From contig OY762007.1 of assembly GCA_963665115.1 (NCBI GenBank), positions 7,180,679-7,220,678 on the forward strand: 40,000 nucleotides of DNA, written 5' to 3'. The notes below the pieces were generated by a model. That model was not told the DNA's origin. It saw only the letters and a program-made list of their open reading frames with translations, and ran no database searches. Position numbers and translations under genes: made by a program. Origin of the DNA: an uncultured Rivularia sp. GTDB lineage: Bacteria > Cyanobacteriota > Cyanobacteriia > Cyanobacteriales > Nostocaceae. This document shows positions 27,032-35,145 of this stretch, in pieces (the first letter of the stretch is position 1; every line of letters begins with the position of its first letter).

Positions 27032-27750
27032 AGTTTGCGAAGATACGAGAAATTCTTAAATTCACTTGCAAGCTTTATATTATCGCTAACAATAATTCTT
27101 TTTAATGTTAGATTTTACAGCATTTGCGGCGATTGGTAAAACTTCTCTTCAAGGCTTGCAGTAATTATTGCAGTATTTTAGCTAATTCTCGATCCAAATT
27201 ATGCGGATGGGAAGATATTGTTTTGATTATCCGTCTGTTGACTATTCATATTTATAGAAAACTTGATTGCGGGGGAACTTTATTACTGGCAATTGATACT
27301 TATTTATAGGTCAGTTTGGATCGAGATTGTAGATGTTCGGCGATCGATCGTTTGACATAGGCAAAGATACATAAATCCTATTCATATCGTAACAAGGAAC
27401 CAGAAAATATTTAAAGAGGTATATTCTCGTCAATAAAAGTATAAGCAATACCAGTAATAATCTAATTGTTTTTTTCGTCAATTTTTATTTTTTAAGTATT
27501 ATCCCATATTATTTTTGTTTTTCTCAATGCTTTTTGATTAAGTTTTGAGCATTTTTACTGAAGCCAAATATATCTAAAAAGCTTTCAATAAAACATAAAA
27601 TTACTTACTTGACATTACTATATCTTCAAGTAGGATAATGCAAATAAAGGGATGCATATACAGAAAAGACAGATTAAAGCTAAATTTATCGTAGTTTTTA
27701 ATTTGACCGTAATATAACTATTAACTAAGTAAAATTTTCAGGATAAAAAT

Positions 27751-28416
27751 ATGAATAAACGAATATTAAATTCAAAAGTTTTAGCATTTTTTCTTGTAGG
27801 TTTGACAGCTATATTAATTAGCTCAAATATGGTGAAAGCTGTAGAAAATAACCCTACACTCTTGGCTCGAAATAACATTTGGTCATCAGCTTCTTTCCCC
27901 GTCGAACGTTTTCAAGCTTACACATCCCCTTTTGGATATCGTCGCTCTCCAAGAGGTGGACGTATGGAGTTTCACAACGGTTTAGATATTGCCGCACCTC
28001 AAGGTAGCTACATCCGCAACTGGTGGGGAGGTACGGTAATTAAAGTAGGCGATCGCGGTGCTTGCGGTACCCATATCATCGTTCAGTCTGGTGACTGGAA
28101 ACACAGCTATTGCCATATGAAAGGACGGGTAGAAAAATCCAACGGTCAGCTTTATATGGTCGATCGCGCTGGCGGTATTCAAATCGCTAAAGGTCAGCGA
28201 ATACCCGCAGGTTTCCGAATTGGACGTATCGGAATGACTGGGCGCACTACGGGACCTCATCTCCACTGGGTACTTAGATACGGGAAGAATTATGTTGACC
28301 CAGCAAAGGTTCTCCGAGCTATGCATACCAAGCAGCAAGTTAGCAATACATCAAATATTAATAGTAATCAAAGGTATCAAATAAAACTTGAAGAATCAAA
28401 GCTGATTAATCAGTGA
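27751..28416 (+). CDS. M23-family metallopeptidase (secreted)
   Basis: 221 aa. N-terminal signal-like hydrophobic segment. HNGLDIAAP (HxxxD) and GPHLHW (HxH) zinc motifs. Confidence 0.85.
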   Translation: MNKRILNSKVLAFFLVGLTAILISSNMVKAVENNPTLLARNNIWSSASFPVERFQAYTSPFGYRRSPRGGRMEFHNGLDIAAPQGSYIRNWWGGTVIKVGDRGACGTHIIVQSGDWKHSYCHMKGRVEKSNGQLYMVDRAGGIQIAKGQRIPAGFRIGRIGMTGRTTGPHLHWVLRYGKNYVDPAKVLRAMHTKQQVSNTSNINSNQRYQIKLEESKLINQ

Positions 28417-28523
28417 GCAGTTTGATATGTACTTGTTATGCGGCATTAAATAGTTGTAAAAGAGGGAACAGAGGAAGAAGATTGTATTAGTCCCAAATAA
28501 ATCCTAAAAATGAATAATCGCAG

Positions 28524-28552
28524 AAACCCGGTTTTTTGGAAAAACCGGGTTT
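28524..28552 (+). terminator. Palindromic hairpin, exact reverse-complement copy of 4382-4410
   Basis: aaacccggttttttggaaaaaccgggttt, 108 nt after the M23 peptidase stop. Confidence 0.5.
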
Positions 28553-28965
28553 CTAATTACTATTACTCTGCCCCGTTTACCATAAATTAGCAAAGCTCAA
28601 GCTAAGGCTTTAGGAGAATTTTTTCATGTAGATGCAGATTTATTTAAACCATTGGCAACAAACTATTAAGTTAACTTGATATAGATAAATTTTTTGTATA
28701 TATATTAATTGATTCCGAATTAATACTTGCTTAGGTGGGAGTTACTCTAAAGATGCGATACGATTCACCTCAAACCTAGAACCTGCAATATTCTGGAAGC
28801 TCTGCATCTCTACAAAATCAGGGACAAAATTCTTCTTGAAAGAAATTAAGTTTATAACAACCATAATTAGTCAATCTCTCTAAAGGAATATAGAAATAAT
28901 TAAATAACTATGTGATTATACGTAAATGAAATATTTATACAGATAGATTTTTAAGGTTTTACTAG

Positions 28966-30358
28966 ATGACATTGCCTAATACTTTTAAAACTCCCTCCTT
29001 TCTACAAAAGGTGCAGTGGGTAGCCGATCCTGTCGCATATATGGAAAAAGCGGCTCGGCAATATCCTGATATTTATACAGCGGAAGTGGTTGGTTTTGGT
29101 AATACTTTGGTATTCGTGAATCATCCCGAAGGAATAGAAAAAGTTTTTAGCAATGACACAAAAGAATTTGTCGCGATAGGAGAAACCAATAAGACATTTG
29201 AGCCGATAATTGGGGAATATGGATTGGTGATATTAGATGGCGATCGCCACAAACGACAGCGAAAGTTGATGATGCCATCTTTTCACGGTAAGCGGATGCA
29301 TTCCTATGCAGAATTGATGTGTCATCATAGCGAAAAAGTTTTTGCTAACTTACCTATTAACGAAACATTTTCGGCTAGTGAAGCAACTTTAGATATTTCT
29401 TTGGAAGTTATTTTGGGTGCTGTATTCGGTTTATCGGAAGGGGAACGTTATCAGCAAATTAAAAATAAACTGCTTTCAATGTTGCATATTGTTTCTTCAC
29501 CTTTGACTGCTAGTTTCCTACTTTTCCCCGCTTTACAAAAAGATTTAGGGGCTTGGAGTCTTTGGGGTAAGTTTGTCCGTTTGCGAAAGCAGCTTGATGA
29601 CTTAATTTATGCCGAAATCGCCGAACGTCGCAATCATCGCGATGCAGATAGGGTTGATGTTCTTTCCATGTTGATGGAAGCGATAGATGAAGAAGGGCAG
29701 GCGATGACAGATAAGGAGTTGCGAGATGAGTTGATAACTATGTTGCTCGCAGGGACATGAAACCTCGGCAACCGCTATGGCTTGGTCATTATATTGGGTT
29801 CACCATACACCGCACGTGAAGGAAAAACTGCTCGCAGAAATCGATAACTTGGGTGAAAATCCAGATCCAATGGAAGTATTTCGACTTCCTTATTTAACTG
29901 CTGTATGTAACGAAACTTTACGGATTTGTCCGGTATCTATGACCACGTTTCCGAGAGTAGTTAAAGAACCTGTGGAATTGTTGGGACATAATTTAGAACC
30001 GGGCACAGTAATAGTAGGAAGTCTTTACAATTTGCATCGTCGGGAAGACTTGTATCCTCAGTCCAACAAATTTAGACCAGAACGTTTTTCAGAAAGACAA
30101 TATTCACAATACGAACTTTTCTCTTTTGGTGGAGGTGCGCGGAGGTGTGTTGGAGAAGCTTTTGCGATGTTTGAAATGAAGTTAGTTTTAACAACAATAC
30201 TTTCAAAATATCAACTGGAATTAGCAGATAACAAACCAGAAAAGCTTCAGCGTCATGGTGCATTTAATCTTGCGCCAGCCAACGGAGTCAAAATGTCAAT
30301 TACAGGAATGCGCCCTCAGCCTCAATTAGCTGTAGCTATGGCTAGTGAAATAAATTAA
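28966..30358 (+). pseudogene. Cytochrome P450, frameshifted
   Basis: ORFs 28966-29760 and 29777-30358. Removing one G from ggg 29752-29754 restores …LLAGHETSATAMAWSLYW… (the I-helix AGxET motif). Cys-ligand loop is FSFGGGARRCVGEAFA, with an ExxR-like ETLR. Corrected length is 463 aa. Confidence 0.85.
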
Positions 30359-30367
30359 TTTGTAGTT

Positions 30368-30437
30368 TGTAGGTTGGGTTAGACGCACGAATAATATTAT
30401 TGTTAACGAAGAAGTTTGATGCGTCGTAACCCAACAT
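30368..30437. repeat. Dispersed hairpin element abutting the stop codon of the 93-aa gene
   Basis: tgtaggttgggttagacgcac …(~35 nt)… gatgcgtcgtaacccaacat. The arms pair as GTTGGGTTA…ACGCA. Confidence 0.75.
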
Positions 30438-30718
30438 TACTTAGTCTTACGATTTCTATACCAATATATACCGCAACCTGATATAATCGCCCCAACAATC
30501 CCAGTTAGACTGCGAAGTGTTTCGTTATCTACCCTATATATATATTTGATTAACTCTTCAATAGCTATCCCGAGAAAAGTCCCTAAAAAGAACCAAAAAA
30601 CTAGTGGTAGGAAATCTGCTGTTGACCAATAATTGTTCTTCTGAGCTGAAAGACCGACCGCAATTGCTATAGGTAAAGCAGTTAGCATCGTAATTACAAA
30701 TGATAAAGGGTCTAGCAT
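30437..30718 (-). CDS. Small 3-TM membrane protein (paralogue A)
   Basis: 93 aa. Shares …YWSTADFLPLVFW…LGTF…ELIKYI…SGCGIYWYR with the neighbouring gene. GGAG lies 9-12 nt upstream of the ATG. Confidence 0.6.
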   Translation of the reverse strand: MLDPLSFVITMLTALPIAIAVGLSAQKNNYWSTADFLPLVFWFFLGTFLGIAIEELIKYIYRVDNETLRSLTGIVGAIISGCGIYWYRNRKTK

Positions 30719-30860
30719 AATTCCACGCTCCGTAATTCTTTTGTTAAAGAATGGTGAACTTGAATATTACATAAAAGTTTTTCCACACGAATCAGCCATT
30801 AGTACTATCAACTGCAATCAATTATTAGCAATATTTATGTTGATAATTGATTAATATTTA

Positions 30861-30900
30861 TAGTTTGTAGTTTGTAGTTTGTAGTTTATAAGTTTGTAGG
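30861..30900. repeat. Heptamer array (tagtttg x3-5)
   Basis: tagtttgtagtttgtagtttgtagtttataagtttgtagg read directly. Present only in the first cassette junction. Confidence 0.75.
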
Positions 30901-30963
30901 TTGGGTTAGACGCACGAATGATTTATTGTTAACGAAGAAATTTGATGCGTCGTAAACCAACAT
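30895..30963. repeat. Dispersed hairpin element downstream of the 96-aa gene
   Basis: Near-identical to 30368-30437. Confidence 0.75.
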
Positions 30964-30968
30964 TTAAA

Positions 30969-31259
30969 TTACTTGCTCTGCTTCGGCGTGCGAGTTCTAT
31001 ACCAATATATGCCGCAACCCGATACGACTGGACCAACGAGGTAAACCAACTTAAGAAGTATTTCACTATCTACTCTAAATATATATTTGATTAACTCTTT
31101 TGCAGCTATCCCGATAAAAGTTCCTAATAGTGTCCAGAATACTAGTGGTAGGAAATCTGCTGTTGACCAATAACTGTTTTTCTTAGCTGAAAAACCAATT
31201 CCAAGTCCTATAGGTAAAGCAGCTAACGTCGTAATTACATATGATAAAAAATCTGACAT
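30969..31259 (-). CDS. Small 3-TM membrane protein (paralogue B)
   Basis: 96 aa. About two-thirds of residues are identical to paralogue A by eye. Confidence 0.6.
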   Translation of the reverse strand: MSDFLSYVITTLAALPIGLGIGFSAKKNSYWSTADFLPLVFWTLLGTFIGIAAKELIKYIFRVDSEILLKLVYLVGPVVSGCGIYWYRTRTPKQSK

Positions 31260-31406
31260 AATTTCACGCTCCGTAATTCTTTTGTTAAAGAATGGTGAAC
31301 TTGAATATTACATAAAAGTTTTTCCACGCGAATCAGCCATTAGTACTATCAACTCCAATCAATCATTAGCAATATTTAGGTTGATAATTGATTAATATTT
31401 ATAGTT

Positions 31407-31475
31407 TGTAGGTTGGGTTAGACGCACGAATGATTTATTGTTTACCAAGAAGTTTGATGCGTCGTAACCCAACAT
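31407..31475. repeat. Dispersed hairpin element downstream of the GFA gene
   Basis: Third copy of the same element, 12 nt after the GFA stop codon. Confidence 0.75.
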
Positions 31476-31486
31476 TTACTTTGTTA

Positions 31487-31936
31487 TCATTCTAAGGAAG
31501 CTGAATACTCTGCAAAAACCTCTTCCCCAGTCATATTTTTAGTTTTATTTGCAAAGCTGTAAAAAGACGGTTTCTCATCAATAAAAATTTGTAATTCGAG
31601 AGCAAAATTTTCCTCGTCATCGAGCAAGCCAGCAGGAAGTGCATAATAATTTGCTTCTTTTAAACGGTAGAAAAGATGGGTTCCACACTTACTACAAAAT
31701 CCACGCTCTGCCCATTCAGAAGAACTGAAGACAGATATATTTTCATTACCTTCAAAATTCACATCTTGACCGCATTGAATCGCAAGTAAAGGGCCACCCG
31801 TCCATTTTCGACACATATTGCAGTGACAAGCGTCTACATTATTGCTTTTCGTCTTAACTGAAACCTTTACTGCACCACAGAGACAGCTTCCTTGTTTTTC
31901 AAGTTCGTTTGCCATAACTTTCTCCTCAGACTGCAT
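31487..31936 (-). CDS. GFA (glutathione-dependent formaldehyde-activating enzyme) family protein
   Basis: 149 aa. Cys clusters GSCLCGAV, CHCNMCRKWTGGP and FCSKCGTHLF match the GFA/CENP-V zinc-site pattern. The true start may be the second Met (31915). Confidence 0.78.
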   Translation of the reverse strand: MQSEEKVMANELEKQGSCLCGAVKVSVKTKSNNVDACHCNMCRKWTGGPLLAIQCGQDVNFEGNENISVFSSSEWAERGFCSKCGTHLFYRLKEANYYALPAGLLDDEENFALELQIFIDEKPSFYSFANKTKNMTGEEVFAEYSASLE

Positions 31937-32025
31937 AACTAGATTATTATGAAAAGCCAGTAGATTGAACTAAAGGTTTATGAATAATTATTATGGTTAA
32001 GAAAAAATGACATAGTGTAAATCAA

Positions 32026-32751
32026 TTATTCAAACTTTGATATTCTTTCACCGTGAGAAACGTAAACACCATATCCATCCACAAATTGAATCGCGGGTTT
32101 ATCTTCGCCGTGTAATTTATGTTGGTTATCAAAAGTAAGTATAGAAGGGCGATCGCACACTACACAAAGTTCTTGATAAGAAGCTATCCATCCACAGTTT
32201 TTGACAATTTCTTGAAAAGTTTGCCAGATTTCAGAATCTTCATCACATTTTAATTCAAAAACAGAAAAATCTAATCTAGCCATTTCACTACAGACAGTAT
32301 CTGGTTGACGAGTACCTTCTTCAAATTCTTCAGGAATCATAAAAAAAGATGGCTCGTCTGATTCACAATCGAGTTCCTCTAAGTCTTCTCTTACTATTTC
32401 ATGAATATCACAAGTTTGCAGCCATAATTGATAGTCATCTTTATCTTTTAATGAAACAGTAGAATTTAAATATTTTACTAGCTTTTCCCAAAACCTATCA
32501 ATCATATCGCTATAATCAAGTTGCAAACAACCTATTTCATGACACAATTTATCAAGGGCTACAACAGCAGCATAAGGGCTATCAAAAAAGAATATTTGTG
32601 GTTGTGGTTCGTCAATTAATGTATATGCTGTTTTAATTGCTGCTTCTGCTTTCTCACGGTTAATTGGCTCGGTTGAAAGAGCAATTTTTCGCCATTTTTC
32701 TAAATAATTTAAAAATAAAGTTTCTTGTTGTGGAGTTAGTTCTTCAGTCAT
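32026..32751 (-). CDS. DUF6745-like protein, apparently C-terminally short
   Basis: 241 aa. The N-terminus LTPQQETLFLNYLEKWRKIALSTEPINREKAEAAIKTAY and the C-terminus CGWIASYQELCVVCDRPSILTFDNQHKLHGEDKPAIQFVDGYGVYVSHG match my memory of this cyanobacterial family. Homologues, as I recall, continue beyond this point. Confidence 0.5.
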   Translation of the reverse strand: MTEELTPQQETLFLNYLEKWRKIALSTEPINREKAEAAIKTAYTLIDEPQPQIFFFDSPYAAVVALDKLCHEIGCLQLDYSDMIDRFWEKLVKYLNSTVSLKDKDDYQLWLQTCDIHEIVREDLEELDCESDEPSFFMIPEEFEEGTRQPDTVCSEMARLDFSVFELKCDEDSEIWQTFQEIVKNCGWIASYQELCVVCDRPSILTFDNQHKLHGEDKPAIQFVDGYGVYVSHGERISKFE

Positions 32752-33336
32752 AGGGACTTACGCAAAAGCAACGTAACTGCGTCATTACGAGCGACAGCGA
32801 CGTATATGTCCTATCGGACACGCTCCGCTAACGCAAAAACCCTGCGATTGCTTCCCTACACTGCGTTCCGATCGCAATGACAAATCTCCATAGCGTAAGT
32901 CCTGAGTCATTTTAAACAAATTTATATTAAGCTTTGGTTTTATATAAAATTATAATTAGTAGCGACTGTCTTGAATGTCAACCGCGACGGCGCAACTGGG
33001 GAACCGCTACGCTGCGGAAGGCGGTACCAGGTAGGGGCATAACAGCAAATAATCGTGTTCAGGGACAAGACGTTTTAGCAGTATTACCAGAAATTGAATT
33101 AACCCTTACTCCCAATCGAGTTTTTGGATGGTTAAAGATAAGTTAGTGAAATAACCCACGGAGGTGGGTTTTGCTTGTGTAGCCGCGATTTCCAATCGCC
33201 AAGGATTAAAAAAAATTATAATTTTAAACCTATTTATTAGACATTAAAAATGTTGCGTTACGGCAATTTCACATTTATTATGTATTATTGTAAACTCACG
33301 TAGCCGTAACACACCCTACAAATAAAATACAACTAA

Positions 33337-33579
33337 TCAATCAAAATTACGTCGAAATCTACGATCAATTTTATCGGTCTTTTTACGATTGCAACTAAAG
33401 CATAAAGTTTGTAAGTTGCTGATATCGTTGGAACCACCACGAGCTAAAGGGATAATATGGTCAATTGTTAAATCGGTTTCACCATGTTGTTTACCACAGC
33501 TTTGACATTGGTATTTATTCCGTTCAAATACATATTTTCTCACTGCTGAAGGAATGGGAATACGCGGTGTTTTGCTCAT
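33337..33579 (-). CDS. HNH endonuclease (small, stand-alone or C-terminal domain of a fusion)
   Basis: 80 aa. CQSCG…DHIIPLARGGSNDISNLQTLCFSCNRKK has two CxxC pairs plus the H-N-N catalytic core. Confidence 0.8.
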   Translation of the reverse strand: MSKTPRIPIPSAVRKYVFERNKYQCQSCGKQHGETDLTIDHIIPLARGGSNDISNLQTLCFSCNRKKTDKIDRRFRRNFD

Positions 33580-34012
33580 AGAAGTTTTTAAAAGAGATTG
33601 TTTCTATATTATCTTGTGTAAATGTTTCTTCAGCTTCTTGTTCTTGAAGAGAGAAATCTAGCAAAACTTTTAAATCAATATATTCTTGATTATAATTTCC
33701 TTGACTTGAAAAGTCTAAAATAATTTTGATTTGTAATTCATCTAATCGTCTAATTTGATCGAAGGCAATCAATTCACATTGAATATCTTCTTTTAACCAA
33801 AATTTCCATTCGATGCGGTTATATATTCCTTGGTTGTTTACTTCTCTGAAATATTTTTTAATCAATTTATTTTTGCAGCAAAAATTTAAATTGCCCTTTC
33901 TTGGTTTAAAATCCTTAACAATACTCTCTTTAATTTGATTTGTGTTAAAAACGATTTTGTTTAGAACAATAAATTCGTTCTCTTCCGTAAAAGACTCAAA
34001 ATTACAATGCAT
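33524..34012 (-). CDS. Hypothetical protein, possibly a divergent KGK-like domain
   Basis: 162 aa. …WKFWLKEDIQCELIAFDQ…ELQIKIILDFS…QEQEAEE parallels the W-F-x-E-x-x-C-E-x-L … I-K-x-x-L-E-F … acidic-tail layout of KGK proteins, but lacks the KGK triplet. The last 19 codons overlap the HNH start out of frame. Confidence 0.45.
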   Translation of the reverse strand: MHCNFESFTEENEFIVLNKIVFNTNQIKESIVKDFKPRKGNLNFCCKNKLIKKYFREVNNQGIYNRIEWKFWLKEDIQCELIAFDQIRRLDELQIKIILDFSSQGNYNQEYIDLKVLLDFSLQEQEAEETFTQDNIETISFKNFYEQNTAYSHSFSSEKICI

Positions 34013-34227
34013 ACTTATGATTTAGCTTTATATTCAAGATAGTTAATTTTTGAGAAGCCAATTCGATCGCACAGTAAAATTTTTATGCGTGAAAATAGGT
34101 GACGATGATATAGATTTCATCTTAATCGCGTAAATGAAACCTTTATGATTATTATGTCCGCTTATTTACCTGACAAACATTAAATATTACAAGACGGAAA
34201 TTATATTTAATAAAACTATTTCAAATG

Positions 34228-34668
34228 TTATGCAGCATACATCATGTCGTCAAAAGACAATTTAGGCTGTTGAACTTGATGTTCTTCAGATAAGAATTCT
34301 AAGTTAAACTCAATTTTAGCTATTTTGCTAGAATCTTTCTCATTGGGAAAGAAATCTATAGATGACTGAGTTCTGATCTTTCCTTTCTGCCAGCTTGTAG
34401 CACCAAGTCTAAGAATCTCGCAATGATTCCCTTCTTCTGAGGAAGATAAGGTGACGCTGATATTGCAATAGCTAAAAGATGTATTGATTAATTCATATAT
34501 TCTTTCTTTGCTGTTACAACCATCATTTTCTTTTGTGAGAAGATAGTTCACCTTCTGCCACAACTCATTTTCTAACTGTTGCTTAAATTGACTAAATTTA
34601 ACCAGACTGCCGTTGTATGACAAAACATCGTCATCGTTGCAACTCAAAGATTTGAATTTACTTTCCAT
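34228..34668 (-). CDS. KGK-domain protein
   Basis: 146 aa. …NDDDVLSY…GNHCEILRLGATSWQKGKIR…IEFNLEFLSEE…LSFDDM matches the cyanobacterial KGK domain as I recall it (DDVLS…CEVLKLG…WQKGKxRIK…LEFxPDE…PLDDIR). Confidence 0.6.
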   Translation of the reverse strand: MESKFKSLSCNDDDVLSYNGSLVKFSQFKQQLENELWQKVNYLLTKENDGCNSKERIYELINTSFSYCNISVTLSSSEEGNHCEILRLGATSWQKGKIRTQSSIDFFPNEKDSSKIAKIEFNLEFLSEEHQVQQPKLSFDDMMYAA

Positions 34669-34751
34669 ATTCGCTTACATCATGTACTACAATTTCCAAT
34701 TAAGTTACCAATCTTTTTACAGTTTCTCTGTTACCAAGACAACATCAATTG

Positions 34752-35045
34752 TTAAACTTCTATAGTTTCAGCTACACCGTTATTTTCAAACGATGCACTA
34801 TCAACTATTTCTGCCTCCGGTGACTCGATTACGGGTAATAAATAATCGTACAATTGCATTGCTTCTAAGCAACCGTTAATGGCAGACACGGATTGATTGA
34901 AACTAGCAATTTTATCTTTCGCTGCATCCAATCGTCGCTTGTTATCAGCAACTTTCTCTTGCGCTTCTTTTACTAAAGTTTTCTCTAAATAAGCACGCGC
35001 TTGAGGATACTGCTGCAAAATTTCGTCACTTTTGATATCCGCCAT
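34752..35045 (-). CDS. Hypothetical helical protein, or the C-terminal extension of the dynamin-like protein
   Basis: 97 aa, predicted helical/coiled-coil by eye. The 100-nt spacer upstream has no stop codon in this ORF's frame. Confidence 0.45.
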   Translation of the reverse strand: MADIKSDEILQQYPQARAYLEKTLVKEAQEKVADNKRRLDAAKDKIASFNQSVSAINGCLEAMQLYDYLLPVIESPEAEIVDSASFENNGVAETIEV

Positions 35046-35145
35046 TGGTAAAAGCTGAGTTTTAAAGCTTTGATTAATGGTTTGTCGGAATGTGATGCGA
35101 ATTGTTCTGCTAACTTTGGGTTCAAAATCTAACTTTAACAGTTGT

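Noticed and set aside
27124-28338. ORFs 27124-27309 (+) and 27982-28338 (-)
   Set aside because: The first lies in an AT-rich spacer and has no recognisable features. The second is antisense to the M23 peptidase gene.
30072-30263. 63-aa minus-strand ORF
   Set aside because: It is antisense to the P450 gene.
32934-33146. 70-aa plus-strand ORF
   Set aside because: It lies in dispersed-repeat debris between the DUF6745-like gene and the HNH gene. No coding signal is apparent.
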